Shown here piece after piece: positions 55,805-64,000 of a stretch of 64,000 nucleotides of DNA. The position numbers and the translations under genes were made by a program. A model generated the notes under the pieces. It was not told the origin of the DNA and did not search any database. It saw nothing but the letters and a program-made list of their open reading frames with translations. The stretch is taken from the NCBI GenBank assembly GCA_041752695.1, contig JBGSVZ010000028.1, positions 1 through 64,000 of the forward strand. Reading direction: 5' to 3'. Position 1 is the stretch's first letter. Each line of letters begins with the position of its first letter. This DNA is from Terrimicrobiaceae bacterium (GTDB taxonomy: Bacteria; Verrucomicrobiota; Verrucomicrobiia; Chthoniobacterales; Terrimicrobiaceae).

Positions 55805-57040
55805 TTATGATTCCAAGGTTCCGTCTGTACGAGTCTTGATGAGAATATCTAGGAGCTTCCCGGCAACCAGATCGAGGGCGAAGTGGCGTTCTGCGCAGCG
55901 GCGGGAGAGGGAGGGGTCACCGAGGCGGTGATGTTTTTTCCGTTCTGCCATCTCGGCAAAAGCTGCCGCGAGGGATTCCGGATGGTCGTCCGGGAGGGGG
56001 ATGTCCCGCGAACAGAGGTAGTCGGCATTGCCGTTGCTCGCCCCGACGATGACCGAGAGTCCGCAGGCTTGGGCTTCCGCGACGGATGAACCGAAGTTTT
56101 CCTCATCGCTGGGCTGGCACAGGATGTCGTGCTGGTGCAGGACACCGGGTATATTCTCTCGCGGGACGAACGGTTGCCAGTCGAGGCGTTCGGGATGCGG
56201 GAATTCCGCGAGCATTCGTTCGTAGCCAGGGACAAACCCCACGCCGCCAATGATGGTCAGACGCAGATCGACGCCGCACCGGATGGCCTCGGCAGCGCCC
56301 GCCAGAAAAAGGTCGAGGCGTTTGCGGGGAATGATCCGGCCCAGCCAAAGGCATCGGAGGCCGGGGGCTTCGATTTTTTTTTCGCAAAGAGCGAACAGCC
56401 TGAGGTCGATGGGGTAAGGGAGAACATGGATTTTCTCCGGCGCGACCTTGTAAAGGTCACGAAGAGTGTCTCGCGATTGCGTGCTTCCCACGATGAAGGC
56501 GTCGCTGGGACGGAACTTGGGCAGTCCGACCGGGGAAAGTCGGAGGCGCGCCATGACCCGCCATTTCCAGGCGGCGTGGCGTCCGGCAAGACGGGCGACT
56601 TCGTCGAAGCGGGTGATCAGTGAGCGGGCGTCCGTGCCGGGCGGGCCTTGGGTGAAGCTAACGGTAGGAATTCCGGCAATCGCGCCCCGCGCGTAGTCGC
56701 CGAGCCAGAGGCAAAGATCGAAGGGTGTTTTTTCATGTTGCCCGGTGATGCGCTGGACGAGCAGACGGTTGTACGTCGTGGAATCCCAAATCCCGGCGAG
56801 CATGCCCAATATTGGGACCCGCGCCAGTTGCGAGCGGGTGTGATCCGGGAGGATGTTGTCCACATCGGTAAAGCGAAACGCAGGGTGATTCCCGACCGCG
56901 GGACGGGGGTCGACAAAGGAGGCTTTGGAAAAATAATGAACCGCACAGCCGCGAGCCAGCAGGGCACGCAGGAGCAGGGCATTGGCGCTGGCCACGCTGC
57001 CCGCCTGTTCCGACACAAAACCTGTGACCGCCAGCCTCAT
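55805..57040 (-). CDS. Glycosyltransferase family 4
   Basis: LGRIIPRKRL, PSDEENFGSSVAEAQACG. ATGA overlap with the upstream GT2. Confidence 0.9.
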   Translation of the reverse strand: MRLAVTGFVSEQAGSVASANALLLRALLARGCAVHYFSKASFVDPRPAVGNHPAFRFTDVDNILPDHTRSQLARVPILGMLAGIWDSTTYNRLLVQRITGQHEKTPFDLCLWLGDYARGAIAGIPTVSFTQGPPGTDARSLITRFDEVARLAGRHAAWKWRVMARLRLSPVGLPKFRPSDAFIVGSTQSRDTLRDLYKVAPEKIHVLPYPIDLRLFALCEKKIEAPGLRCLWLGRIIPRKRLDLFLAGAAEAIRCGVDLRLTIIGGVGFVPGYERMLAEFPHPERLDWQPFVPRENIPGVLHQHDILCQPSDEENFGSSVAEAQACGLSVIVGASNGNADYLCSRDIPLPDDHPESLAAAFAEMAERKKHHRLGDPSLSRRCAERHFALDLVAGKLLDILIKTRTDGTLES

Positions 57041-57945
57041 CCGAAGCGCGCGTCGCGAATGGCGCGCAGGGTGGTGCGGAATTTTTCGGTGCGGTGAGGG
57101 TCCCGCTGTGCGCAAAGCCGGAAGTATTGTAGAAGTCCGGGAGCGGTGAGCGTTCCCGCGAGAACCGACCAGGCCAGATGCGTGGTGCGACGAATTTTTC
57201 CCGAGCGGGAGACGACAACTCGGTGTTCGTTCCACACCATGTCGTACAGCGCCTCCGGGGAAAAATGGCCGCGATGGATGAGGTCGTTGTCGTGCCTGGG
57301 AGCGATATGATGAAGGACCTGCAGTTCCGGGTCGTAAGCCACGTCATAACCGCGATGAGCGACATCGAGGCAAAGCGCCAGTTCCCAATGCACCTGGGCT
57401 CCGCGGCCGCGGAGCTCCTTCGCGAATCCGATTTCCCGCAGGAGCGGGCCGCGGATGGCCGCATTGCAGCCCTTGACCAGATCGACCGGACGGAACCCTC
57501 CCGCGCCTTTGTGGTGATTGCCCAAGATGCGTCCATACTTTGTAAAGAGGCCCACGGTCGCCGTGGTGGGCTCGGTTTTGCGCATCTCCGGGTGGTCCTG
57601 CAAAAGATCGCGGCCGCCGACGATTCCCAGGCAGGGTCGCTGCTCAAAGTGCTTTTCAATTCTGGCAATCCAATCCGGCAGCGGCTCCGCATCGTCATCA
57701 AGCAGACAAACGACGTCCCCGTCCGTCCGTGCCGCGGCCGCGCCCATACTGGCGATCACGCCGGGCTCGTTGGCGACGGCGATTTCGACGGGATAGCCGA
57801 CGGCGGCTTCCAGGGATTCCTTGTCCCCTGCACGGACACCGAGGATGATCTGGTCCGCGGGGCGCGATTGCTGCCTGAGGCCCCGCATGGCAAGGGCGAG
57901 ATACGCGGTGCGTTTGAAAGTGGGAATGATGACCGAAATGCGCAT
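57037..57945 (-). CDS. Glycosyltransferase family 2
   Basis: ISVIIPTFKR, LLDDDA (DXD), KGCNAAIR. Confidence 0.92.
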   Translation of the reverse strand: MRISVIIPTFKRTAYLALAMRGLRQQSRPADQIILGVRAGDKESLEAAVGYPVEIAVANEPGVIASMGAAAARTDGDVVCLLDDDAEPLPDWIARIEKHFEQRPCLGIVGGRDLLQDHPEMRKTEPTTATVGLFTKYGRILGNHHKGAGGFRPVDLVKGCNAAIRGPLLREIGFAKELRGRGAQVHWELALCLDVAHRGYDVAYDPELQVLHHIAPRHDNDLIHRGHFSPEALYDMVWNEHRVVVSRSGKIRRTTHLAWSVLAGTLTAPGLLQYFRLCAQRDPHRTEKFRTTLRAIRDARFG

Positions 57946-57951
57946 GAGAAG

Positions 57952-58848
57952 TTAAAGCCCAAAGCGCGGCGGAGCCTTTCCCTCGGCGGCCCGTGCGGTC
58001 CAGAAGGGGCTGCGCGGAGCGGAGCGGTATTTCCGGAGCCAACCTGGGAGTTGGGCCAGCGTCAGGAAATATTCGGCGGCATAGACCATGGCGGCGCGGA
58101 GGCTGTCGGCCTCGGGTCGGTGTCCGCGGAACCGGGAAAAAATGACCAAAAGAACGTGACGGGGCAGGCGAAACAAAATCTGTCGGGCCGGGGCTCCAAA
58201 ATCCAAGCTGCTGATCACGCGGGCCTCCCAGCGATTTGCCAGGGTGGTGGCTTTGGGCAGCGGACGGGAGGGATGCTCCACGGCCGCAGCGGGAACAAAA
58301 CGGATGGGCACTCCCATCAATCGCAACCGGGCAAAAAATTCCATGTCCTCGAACGAGACGCGGTACCGTTCGTCGAATCCTCCGCTGGTCAAATAGAGGT
58401 CCCGCGGAATGGCAAAGTTGCAGGACGGGGGAAGCAGCTCCTTCTCCGAGGCGCTGCGAGGCGCCTCCCAGAGAAGCGAATCTTTTTTCGCATCGGACCG
58501 CAGGGTCGGACCCGCTAGGATTTCATCCTCGACTCGCATGGCTGCGCGATAAGCCCCCAGCAGGCCCGGTTGGGGAAGACAATCGTCATCGAGAAAAATC
58601 AGCCAGTGGCCGGCGGCGGCGCGGGCACCGGCGTTGCGATTGGCCCCGGGTCCGAGCCGGGGGCCTTCCAACCGGCAAATCCCGGGAAACTGTTTCTCGA
58701 GCAGATGTTTCGTGTCGGGGCCGTCGCTGTCGTCACAGACCAGGATGCGGAAGTCGTCAGGCATTTGGGCAAGCAGGAGCCCGAGGCAGCGCTGAAGATC
58801 CGTTGGCCGGTTGCGGGTGGGAACGAGGATGGTGGCGAGGTCCGACAT
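57952..58848 (-). CDS. Glycosyltransferase family 2
   Basis: ILVPTRNRP, VCDDSD, GANRNAGA, FLDDDC, GGFDE..FEDMEF. Confidence 0.92.
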   Translation of the reverse strand: MSDLATILVPTRNRPTDLQRCLGLLLAQMPDDFRILVCDDSDGPDTKHLLEKQFPGICRLEGPRLGPGANRNAGARAAAGHWLIFLDDDCLPQPGLLGAYRAAMRVEDEILAGPTLRSDAKKDSLLWEAPRSASEKELLPPSCNFAIPRDLYLTSGGFDERYRVSFEDMEFFARLRLMGVPIRFVPAAAVEHPSRPLPKATTLANRWEARVISSLDFGAPARQILFRLPRHVLLVIFSRFRGHRPEADSLRAAMVYAAEYFLTLAQLPGWLRKYRSAPRSPFWTARAAEGKAPPRFGL

Positions 58849-59901
58849 TCAGACGGCGAGCTTGGCGAGGGCGGTTCGGACAACCTCATCCGGGGTGATG
58901 CGGGTGATGCATAACAGGCAAACGGGCACGGCTGGGTTGTTGTAACAGCCGCCAAACTCACAACGCGGCCCAATCACCGTGACGTGAGGTCCGGCAGGCG
59001 CGACCCTTTCGGGCCGATTGGCTCCCATGATTGTGAGGAGCGGCGTTCCCACGGAAGCGGCAAGGTGGCCGATCCCGGAGTCGTTAGCGATGACCAGCCG
59101 GGCCATCGCCAACTGGAGGGCGAGTTGATCAAGAGACAAGTCGGTGCGGATGGAGAGCGCCGCCCCGGCTTGTTTCTGCAAAAGGGTAAGCAGAATTTTT
59201 TCTTCCGGGGTGCCGACGGCGAGAATGCAAAATCCGCTCTTGTGAAGCCGGCGGGCGGTCTCGGCATAGGCCTCGACGGGCCAGCGATTGGTGACCCCGC
59301 TGGCGCTCGATCCAGGATGAAGAATGACCTGACAATTCCCGGTGGATTCTGCGGCCGGCACGCGCAGCGGGTAGGGGATGCGGTCCTCACGCGTCACGCC
59401 CCCGGCACCCCGCAAATTGATGACGGTTTCATGGCCTTCGCCAAAAACGTAAGGACGCGTATAGACCGTTTGGTCCGGGGGAACAGTGGCAAAGCGGGGG
59501 CCGCGGCGATCGCTCGCGCCGGAAAGATAGGCGGCCAGTTCCATCCGCACTTCAAAAACGCCAAGCGAGTTGACGAAGCAAGCGTCAAATCCCCGGCGGA
59601 CTTCGCGGAGGAGTCTGGCGTTCTGCCCGGATTTCAGCCGGACAATTTGATCAGCTTCGGCATCAAAAAACGGGGGAGCGATGCCCATCACGACAAGGGT
59701 GAGGGGCAGGGGGGCAAATTCTCGGCGAAAGCTCCGGATGGCGGGCAGCGCCATCAGCTTGTCGCCCAGTCCGCCGGTGAGCAGAACGAGGACGCGCCCG
59801 GACGGTTTGCCAGACTGGCGAAGGCGGCCCAAAACGGCCAGGAGCCACCGCAAACGCCAGGCTAGAAACTGCCGGAGAGAATGGCAGGCTCCCTCATTCA
59901 T
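58849..59901 (-). CDS. Glycosyltransferase family 9 (heptosyltransferase-like)
   Basis: GGLGDKLMALPAI, HPGSS...RWP, IANDSGIGHLAASVGTP, C-terminal C..C motif. Confidence 0.9.
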   Translation of the reverse strand: MNEGACHSLRQFLAWRLRWLLAVLGRLRQSGKPSGRVLVLLTGGLGDKLMALPAIRSFRREFAPLPLTLVVMGIAPPFFDAEADQIVRLKSGQNARLLREVRRGFDACFVNSLGVFEVRMELAAYLSGASDRRGPRFATVPPDQTVYTRPYVFGEGHETVINLRGAGGVTREDRIPYPLRVPAAESTGNCQVILHPGSSASGVTNRWPVEAYAETARRLHKSGFCILAVGTPEEKILLTLLQKQAGAALSIRTDLSLDQLALQLAMARLVIANDSGIGHLAASVGTPLLTIMGANRPERVAPAGPHVTVIGPRCEFGGCYNNPAVPVCLLCITRITPDEVVRTALAKLAV

Positions 59902-61051
59902 GGGCCGCGGGGGAAAGGCCGAAGGCCTGCAGATGGGCTGGTGCGATGACGTCCCAGGTGAGGGACTTTCGTTGGAAAGCCCCGCCAGCCCTGCCCATTT
60001 CCCGGCGGAGAGCGGAGTCGTCCAGCAAACGCAGCAGCTTTGCTTCGACGTCCCGGGGTTGTCCGTCGCTCCAGAGGCCCGTGGTGCCATCCGCGATCCA
60101 CTCGCGGGGCGCGGGGGCTTCCCCGCAGACGACGGGTTTATTGTAACTCCACGCTTCCGCAAAAACGATGCCGAAGGATTCATGACGGGATGGCATGCAA
60201 AAGATGTCACACGCCGCGTAGGCCGCAGCTTTTTCCCTTTCGTCTGGAACCTCCAGGTCGAGATAGGATGCGGCCGGGAGAAAGTCGGCGGGCTGGATTG
60301 AGTCGCCCGGGCCCGCCAGCAAAAGGATGGCCTCGGGATGGCGGCGAAAAACCCTGGCCCACGCGCGGACGACTGCGTCGAATCCCTTTTCCTCCTCCCG
60401 ACGGCCCAGATACAGGACGATCAGGCGATCGGTCAATCCGTGGCGGTACCGGAATCCCGGGCCATCTCCATCGGGCAGACACATGGGCGGCAGCCCGGAA
60501 ATGACCGTGCGGTCTGTGGGTAAACCAAGGCGGACCAGGTGGTCGGCTTCATGTTGGGACTGACAAAAGACCGTGTCGGCTGCGCGGTACAATCGGAGGT
60601 CGATCCGGTCGTCACCCCACTGGCCAGGGTGCACCGCTGGCCAGATGGTAAACCGTGCTCCGCAGCGGCGCGCCAGGCTCAGCATGCCAAATCCGAAAAA
60701 ATCCCAACCCGTCCCGACAAAATGCACCGCTCGGGGATGAAGTCCGGCCAGACGCTCGACGAGGGGCCGGTAGGTGGTGGAGATCCAATGCTCGAGAAGG
60801 GGATGGAGGAGCGGTCGGGAGCCCAGGCTCATCCACGCGCGCCGGGATTCGCGCACGAGGGGGAGAGGAAGATTTAGGTCATGGACGGAGGAACTGAGGG
60901 CGTCGCCTTCCGCCGCGCAGGTCGCAATTCGTGCCGTGCCGCGTGCCTGCAATTCCTCTACGAGATGATGTTGGTAGCGCGCCAGGCCGCCCGGGAGCGT
61001 GGATATCCGCCTCGTGGCGACGAGCAAATCAATCCCGGGGTGGCTCATCAC
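59894..61051 (-). CDS. Glycosyltransferase family 4
   Basis: LYLGRREEEKG, MPSRHESFGIVFAEAW. Confidence 0.92.
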   Translation of the reverse strand: MMSHPGIDLLVATRRISTLPGGLARYQHHLVEELQARGTARIATCAAEGDALSSSVHDLNLPLPLVRESRRAWMSLGSRPLLHPLLEHWISTTYRPLVERLAGLHPRAVHFVGTGWDFFGFGMLSLARRCGARFTIWPAVHPGQWGDDRIDLRLYRAADTVFCQSQHEADHLVRLGLPTDRTVISGLPPMCLPDGDGPGFRYRHGLTDRLIVLYLGRREEEKGFDAVVRAWARVFRRHPEAILLLAGPGDSIQPADFLPAASYLDLEVPDEREKAAAYAACDIFCMPSRHESFGIVFAEAWSYNKPVVCGEAPAPREWIADGTTGLWSDGQPRDVEAKLLRLLDDSALRREMGRAGGAFQRKSLTWDVIAPAHLQAFGLSPAAHE

Positions 61052-62280
61052 ACACTCTTGCGGAGGCGGACCGGCAACACCACCGGGCCATCTTTTTCAA
61101 ATTTTGGCGGAAATCCCGTGCCATAAACGTCGGAGGCCGGAACGACAAACTCACCGACGGCGGTGCGTTCGAGGCAGCGTTTCCAGTTTGTTTCGTGGAA
61201 GCTCAAGCCGAGGAGGTAGGTGCCCGCGCCCAGCCGGTCGGCCAGCCCGGGCAAGGCAAACTCGATGTTCAGCGTTCCCTGGCGATCCCCGAAACGCAGG
61301 CCGGTGGTTTCGGGCCGAAGGTCGCAGAGTTCAAACCCGGCGGAGGTTTCAATATGCACGCCGAGTCCGGCATTGGGGATGGGGCGCGCGAGTTCAAAGT
61401 GGGCGTTGACCAAGAGCGTTCCATCGTCGCCCTCCTGGCGGATGGTGGCCTTGATCAGAGAAACTCCCGACGCGCGATTGACCGCCAGGGCGGCTCCGTT
61501 TGCGACGGCGGCGGTTCTGCCGGAGTAGGCCGCGAGGACCTCCGCGATATCCCCACGCTTCTCCACCCGGCCCTGGTCCAGAAGGATCCCGGTGGTGCAG
61601 AGCGCGCGTACCGAATGCATCGCGTGACTGACGAAAAGAACCGTGCGGCCCTGCTGGGTGGAAACTTCCTGCATCTTGCCCAGGCATTTGGCTTGAAACT
61701 GGGCGTCTCCCACGGCCAGCACTTCGTCCACCACGAGAATCTCCGGCTCCAAATGCGCCGCCACGGCAAAAGCCAGACGCACGTACATGCCGCTGGAATA
61801 GCGTTTCACCGGCGTATCAAGAAATCGCGCGATCTCCGCGAACTCCACGATCTCATCAAACTTCCGGCGAATCTCCGCGCGTGTCATGCCGAGGATCGCG
61901 CCGTTCAGGTAGATGTTTTCACGGCCGGTCAATTCCGGATGAAACCCCGTCCCGACTTCCAAGAGGCTCGCGATCCGCCCTTTGATCCCGATACGGCCCT
62001 CCGTCGGTTCCGTGATGCGGCTGAGCATTTTCAGCAGGGTGCTTTTGCCTGCGCCATTGCGCCCGATGATGCCCACCACTTCCCCCTGCTGGACCTCAAA
62101 GGAAACGTCCCGCACCGCCCAAAATTCCGCTTCCTCCAGCGGCGCCTCACGTTTGCCGCTCAGGAGCCGGAACGGGGCCTTGACGGCTTCCTCGACGGCA
62201 TGACGCAATCCGCCTCCGCCACCTGCGCGGCCCAATTGGTATTTTTTGGAAAGTCCTTCGACGCGGATGGCCACACTCAT
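61048..62280 (-). CDS. wzt: Polysaccharide ABC exporter ATP-binding subunit with C-terminal Wzt_C domain
   Basis: GRNGAGKST, GFHPELTGREN, YSSGMYVRLAF, VDEVLAVGD. Confidence 0.95.
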   Translation of the reverse strand: MSVAIRVEGLSKKYQLGRAGGGGGLRHAVEEAVKAPFRLLSGKREAPLEEAEFWAVRDVSFEVQQGEVVGIIGRNGAGKSTLLKMLSRITEPTEGRIGIKGRIASLLEVGTGFHPELTGRENIYLNGAILGMTRAEIRRKFDEIVEFAEIARFLDTPVKRYSSGMYVRLAFAVAAHLEPEILVVDEVLAVGDAQFQAKCLGKMQEVSTQQGRTVLFVSHAMHSVRALCTTGILLDQGRVEKRGDIAEVLAAYSGRTAAVANGAALAVNRASGVSLIKATIRQEGDDGTLLVNAHFELARPIPNAGLGVHIETSAGFELCDLRPETTGLRFGDRQGTLNIEFALPGLADRLGAGTYLLGLSFHETNWKRCLERTAVGEFVVPASDVYGTGFPPKFEKDGPVVLPVRLRKSV

Positions 62281-62282
62281 GG

Positions 62283-63155
62283 TCAGATGACGTCCGCGAA
62301 GGAACGTTCGGTTTTGCGGAAATAACGGACACCCGCGACAAAAAACAGAGTGGCGACAATCAGCGACAGGGCCGTCCCGAGGCTGAAAAACTGGGCGCTC
62401 CCGCCCAGGATGGCCCAGCGGAATCCCTCAATGACTCCGACCAGAGGATTGAGCGAATAAACCAGATACCAACCCTCGCCAAGTTTCTCGCGCACAAACT
62501 GGCTGCTGTAGCCCACCGGGCTGATGAACATGCCAAACTGCACGATGAAGGGAATAAGGAAGCGAAAGTCCCGGTAGCGAACGGTCAGCGCCGTGATGAG
62601 CAAGCCTGGTCCCATGGCAGCGAAAACCGCCAACGCCACAAAAACCGGCAGCGTCAGCATTCGCCAGGTGGGCCAAAATTGAAACCACGCCATCAATCCG
62701 CCAAGGATGAGAAAAGAGAGAAAAAAGTCCGCCAGGGAGACGATCACCGCGCTGGCTGGAACGATCACCCGGGGGAAATAGACCTTCGAAATCATGTTGG
62801 CGTTGCCGATGAGGCTCTGACTGGCGTTGGTCAGGGCGTTGGCAAAAAACTGCCAGGGCAGGAGCGCGGCGAAAACCATCACCGCATACGGGGCGTCCCC
62901 GAGCGAGGGGAGGTTCGCCATCTTGCGAAAGACAATCGTCATGATGATCATGCTCAACAGGGGTTGCAGCAGGGCCCAGGACGCTCCGGCCACGGTTTGT
63001 TTGTACCGGACGGCGACATCCCGCCAGGCCAGGATGAAAAACAGCTCCCGGTAGCGCCACAGGTCCAGCCAATAGTGTTTTTCGGCGTGCCCGGCTTCGA
63101 TCCAGAGATCAAACGATTCCCCCGGAGTCGAATTGGATTGTACCTCGCTGGCCAT
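62283..63155 (-). CDS. wzm: Polysaccharide ABC exporter permease
   Basis: WRDVAVRYKQT, KVYFPR, YRDFRF, NPLVGVIEGFR, ERSFADVI. Confidence 0.95.
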   Translation of the reverse strand: MASEVQSNSTPGESFDLWIEAGHAEKHYWLDLWRYRELFFILAWRDVAVRYKQTVAGASWALLQPLLSMIIMTIVFRKMANLPSLGDAPYAVMVFAALLPWQFFANALTNASQSLIGNANMISKVYFPRVIVPASAVIVSLADFFLSFLILGGLMAWFQFWPTWRMLTLPVFVALAVFAAMGPGLLITALTVRYRDFRFLIPFIVQFGMFISPVGYSSQFVREKLGEGWYLVYSLNPLVGVIEGFRWAILGGSAQFFSLGTALSLIVATLFFVAGVRYFRKTERSFADVI

Positions 63156-63364
63156 GGGTTTCGTGCCCGTGAAAATCCGGGAGCAAGTTCCTTTTGTCGA
63201 GGAATTTACCGCGGTCATTCCCGCGGGACGATGGCGGGAGCGTGAGCGGGTCGCTTAAAGCTTGATCGATCGCAAGAGAGAAACTATTCCCACCCGATGG
63301 GGCTCGTCAGGCAGATCAGAATGTCGGGTGAAGCGCCTCTCGCGCGAGAGGCTTTCGGCCATTT

Positions 63365-64000
63365 ATGAATAACGACGCGAAGGGAAAAAATGCGGGAAGT
63401 GGTGTGGCCAAGAAAGGGCTTGGCGAGGGCACCATCGGGACATTTGGAGCTGTTGTGGTGGGCCTTTCCTGCTGTGCTCCGGCTTACACCATGACGGCGG
63501 CGCTGGGCCCTGCGGCTGGTCAGGTGGACGATCAGCTTCCGGCGATTTTCATCGTCGGGTTCATTCCCATGTTCCTGGTCGCGATGGGATACATGGCGCT
63601 CAACCGTGCAATGCCCGACTCCGGAACGACCTTCACTTGGGCGACGCGGGCGTTTGGCCCCTGGGTGGGTTGGATTGCGGGGTGGGGGCTTCTGGCGGCG
63701 ACGATTCTGGTCATTTCGAATACGGCCGGGATTGCCGAGACGTTTTTGTTCCTGGCGCTGGCGCAGATGTTTCAGAACGGGGCGATTGTCACGCTGGGCC
63801 AAAATCCTTTGGTGAATATTGCCGTCGTCCTCATTTTTCTGGCCGTGGCCACTTGGATTTCTCATCGCGGCATGCAGTCCACCAAGGGCTTTCAATACGT
63901 TATGGTGGCGATTCAGGTATTAGTCCTTGTCTGGTTCGTGGTGGCGGCGTTCCTGGCCGCCAACAATGGGAGCAACCCCGATTCGATCCCCGTCCGCTTG
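63365..64000 (+). CDS. APC-family amino acid/polyamine permease, truncated by the window end (absent from the ORF track)
   Basis: Manual translation MNNDAKG...GLSCCAPAYTM...GFIPMFLVAMGY..LNRAMPDSGTTFTWATRAFGPWVGWIAGW, open to the end. Confidence 0.88.
   Translation, partial: MNNDAKGKNAGSGVAKKGLGEGTIGTFGAVVVGLSCCAPAYTMTAALGPAAGQVDDQLPAIFIVGFIPMFLVAMGYMALNRAMPDSGTTFTWATRAFGPWVGWIAGWGLLAATILVISNTAGIAETFLFLALAQMFQNGAIVTLGQNPLVNIAVVLIFLAVATWISHRGMQSTKGFQYVMVAIQVLVLVWFVVAAFLAANNGSNPDSIPVRL

Overview
GC-rich bacterial chromosomal window. A Verrucomicrobiota origin (Chthoniobacter/Terrimicrobium-like) is inferred from a Verru_Chthon pilin-like cassette and a PEP-CTERM gene. 1-10.5 kb: PEP-CTERM surface protein, CBM9-like protein and a D-B-C-A Verru_Chthon cassette. 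10.6-37 kb: mostly housekeeping genes (kup, ppk2, queE/queD, hydrolases, nuoEF, DAACS symporter, hisS, aspS, fabV) interspersed with a GGAG-headed REP hairpin family. The likely cognate REP-associated tyrosine transposase (RAYT) is fused in-frame to the C-terminus of an HTH-WYL-WCX regulator through a linker made of four translated REPs. This gene shares a palindrome with a divergent, unannotated 52-aa ORF carrying a beta-clamp-binding-like motif. 37-63 kb: a surface-glycan locus (O-antigen ligase/Wzy_C-like gene, three GT4, two GT2, one GT9, wzm/wzt) that encloses an AT-less NRPS/PKS assembly line (A-PCP + KS-ACP-AMT-C-A-MT-PCP-TE) and a hybrid histidine kinase with a LOV-type PAS domain. The window ends in a partial APC permease. 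No rRNA, tRNA or CRISPR array was seen. All calls are by manual motif recognition with no database searches, and start codons are best guesses.
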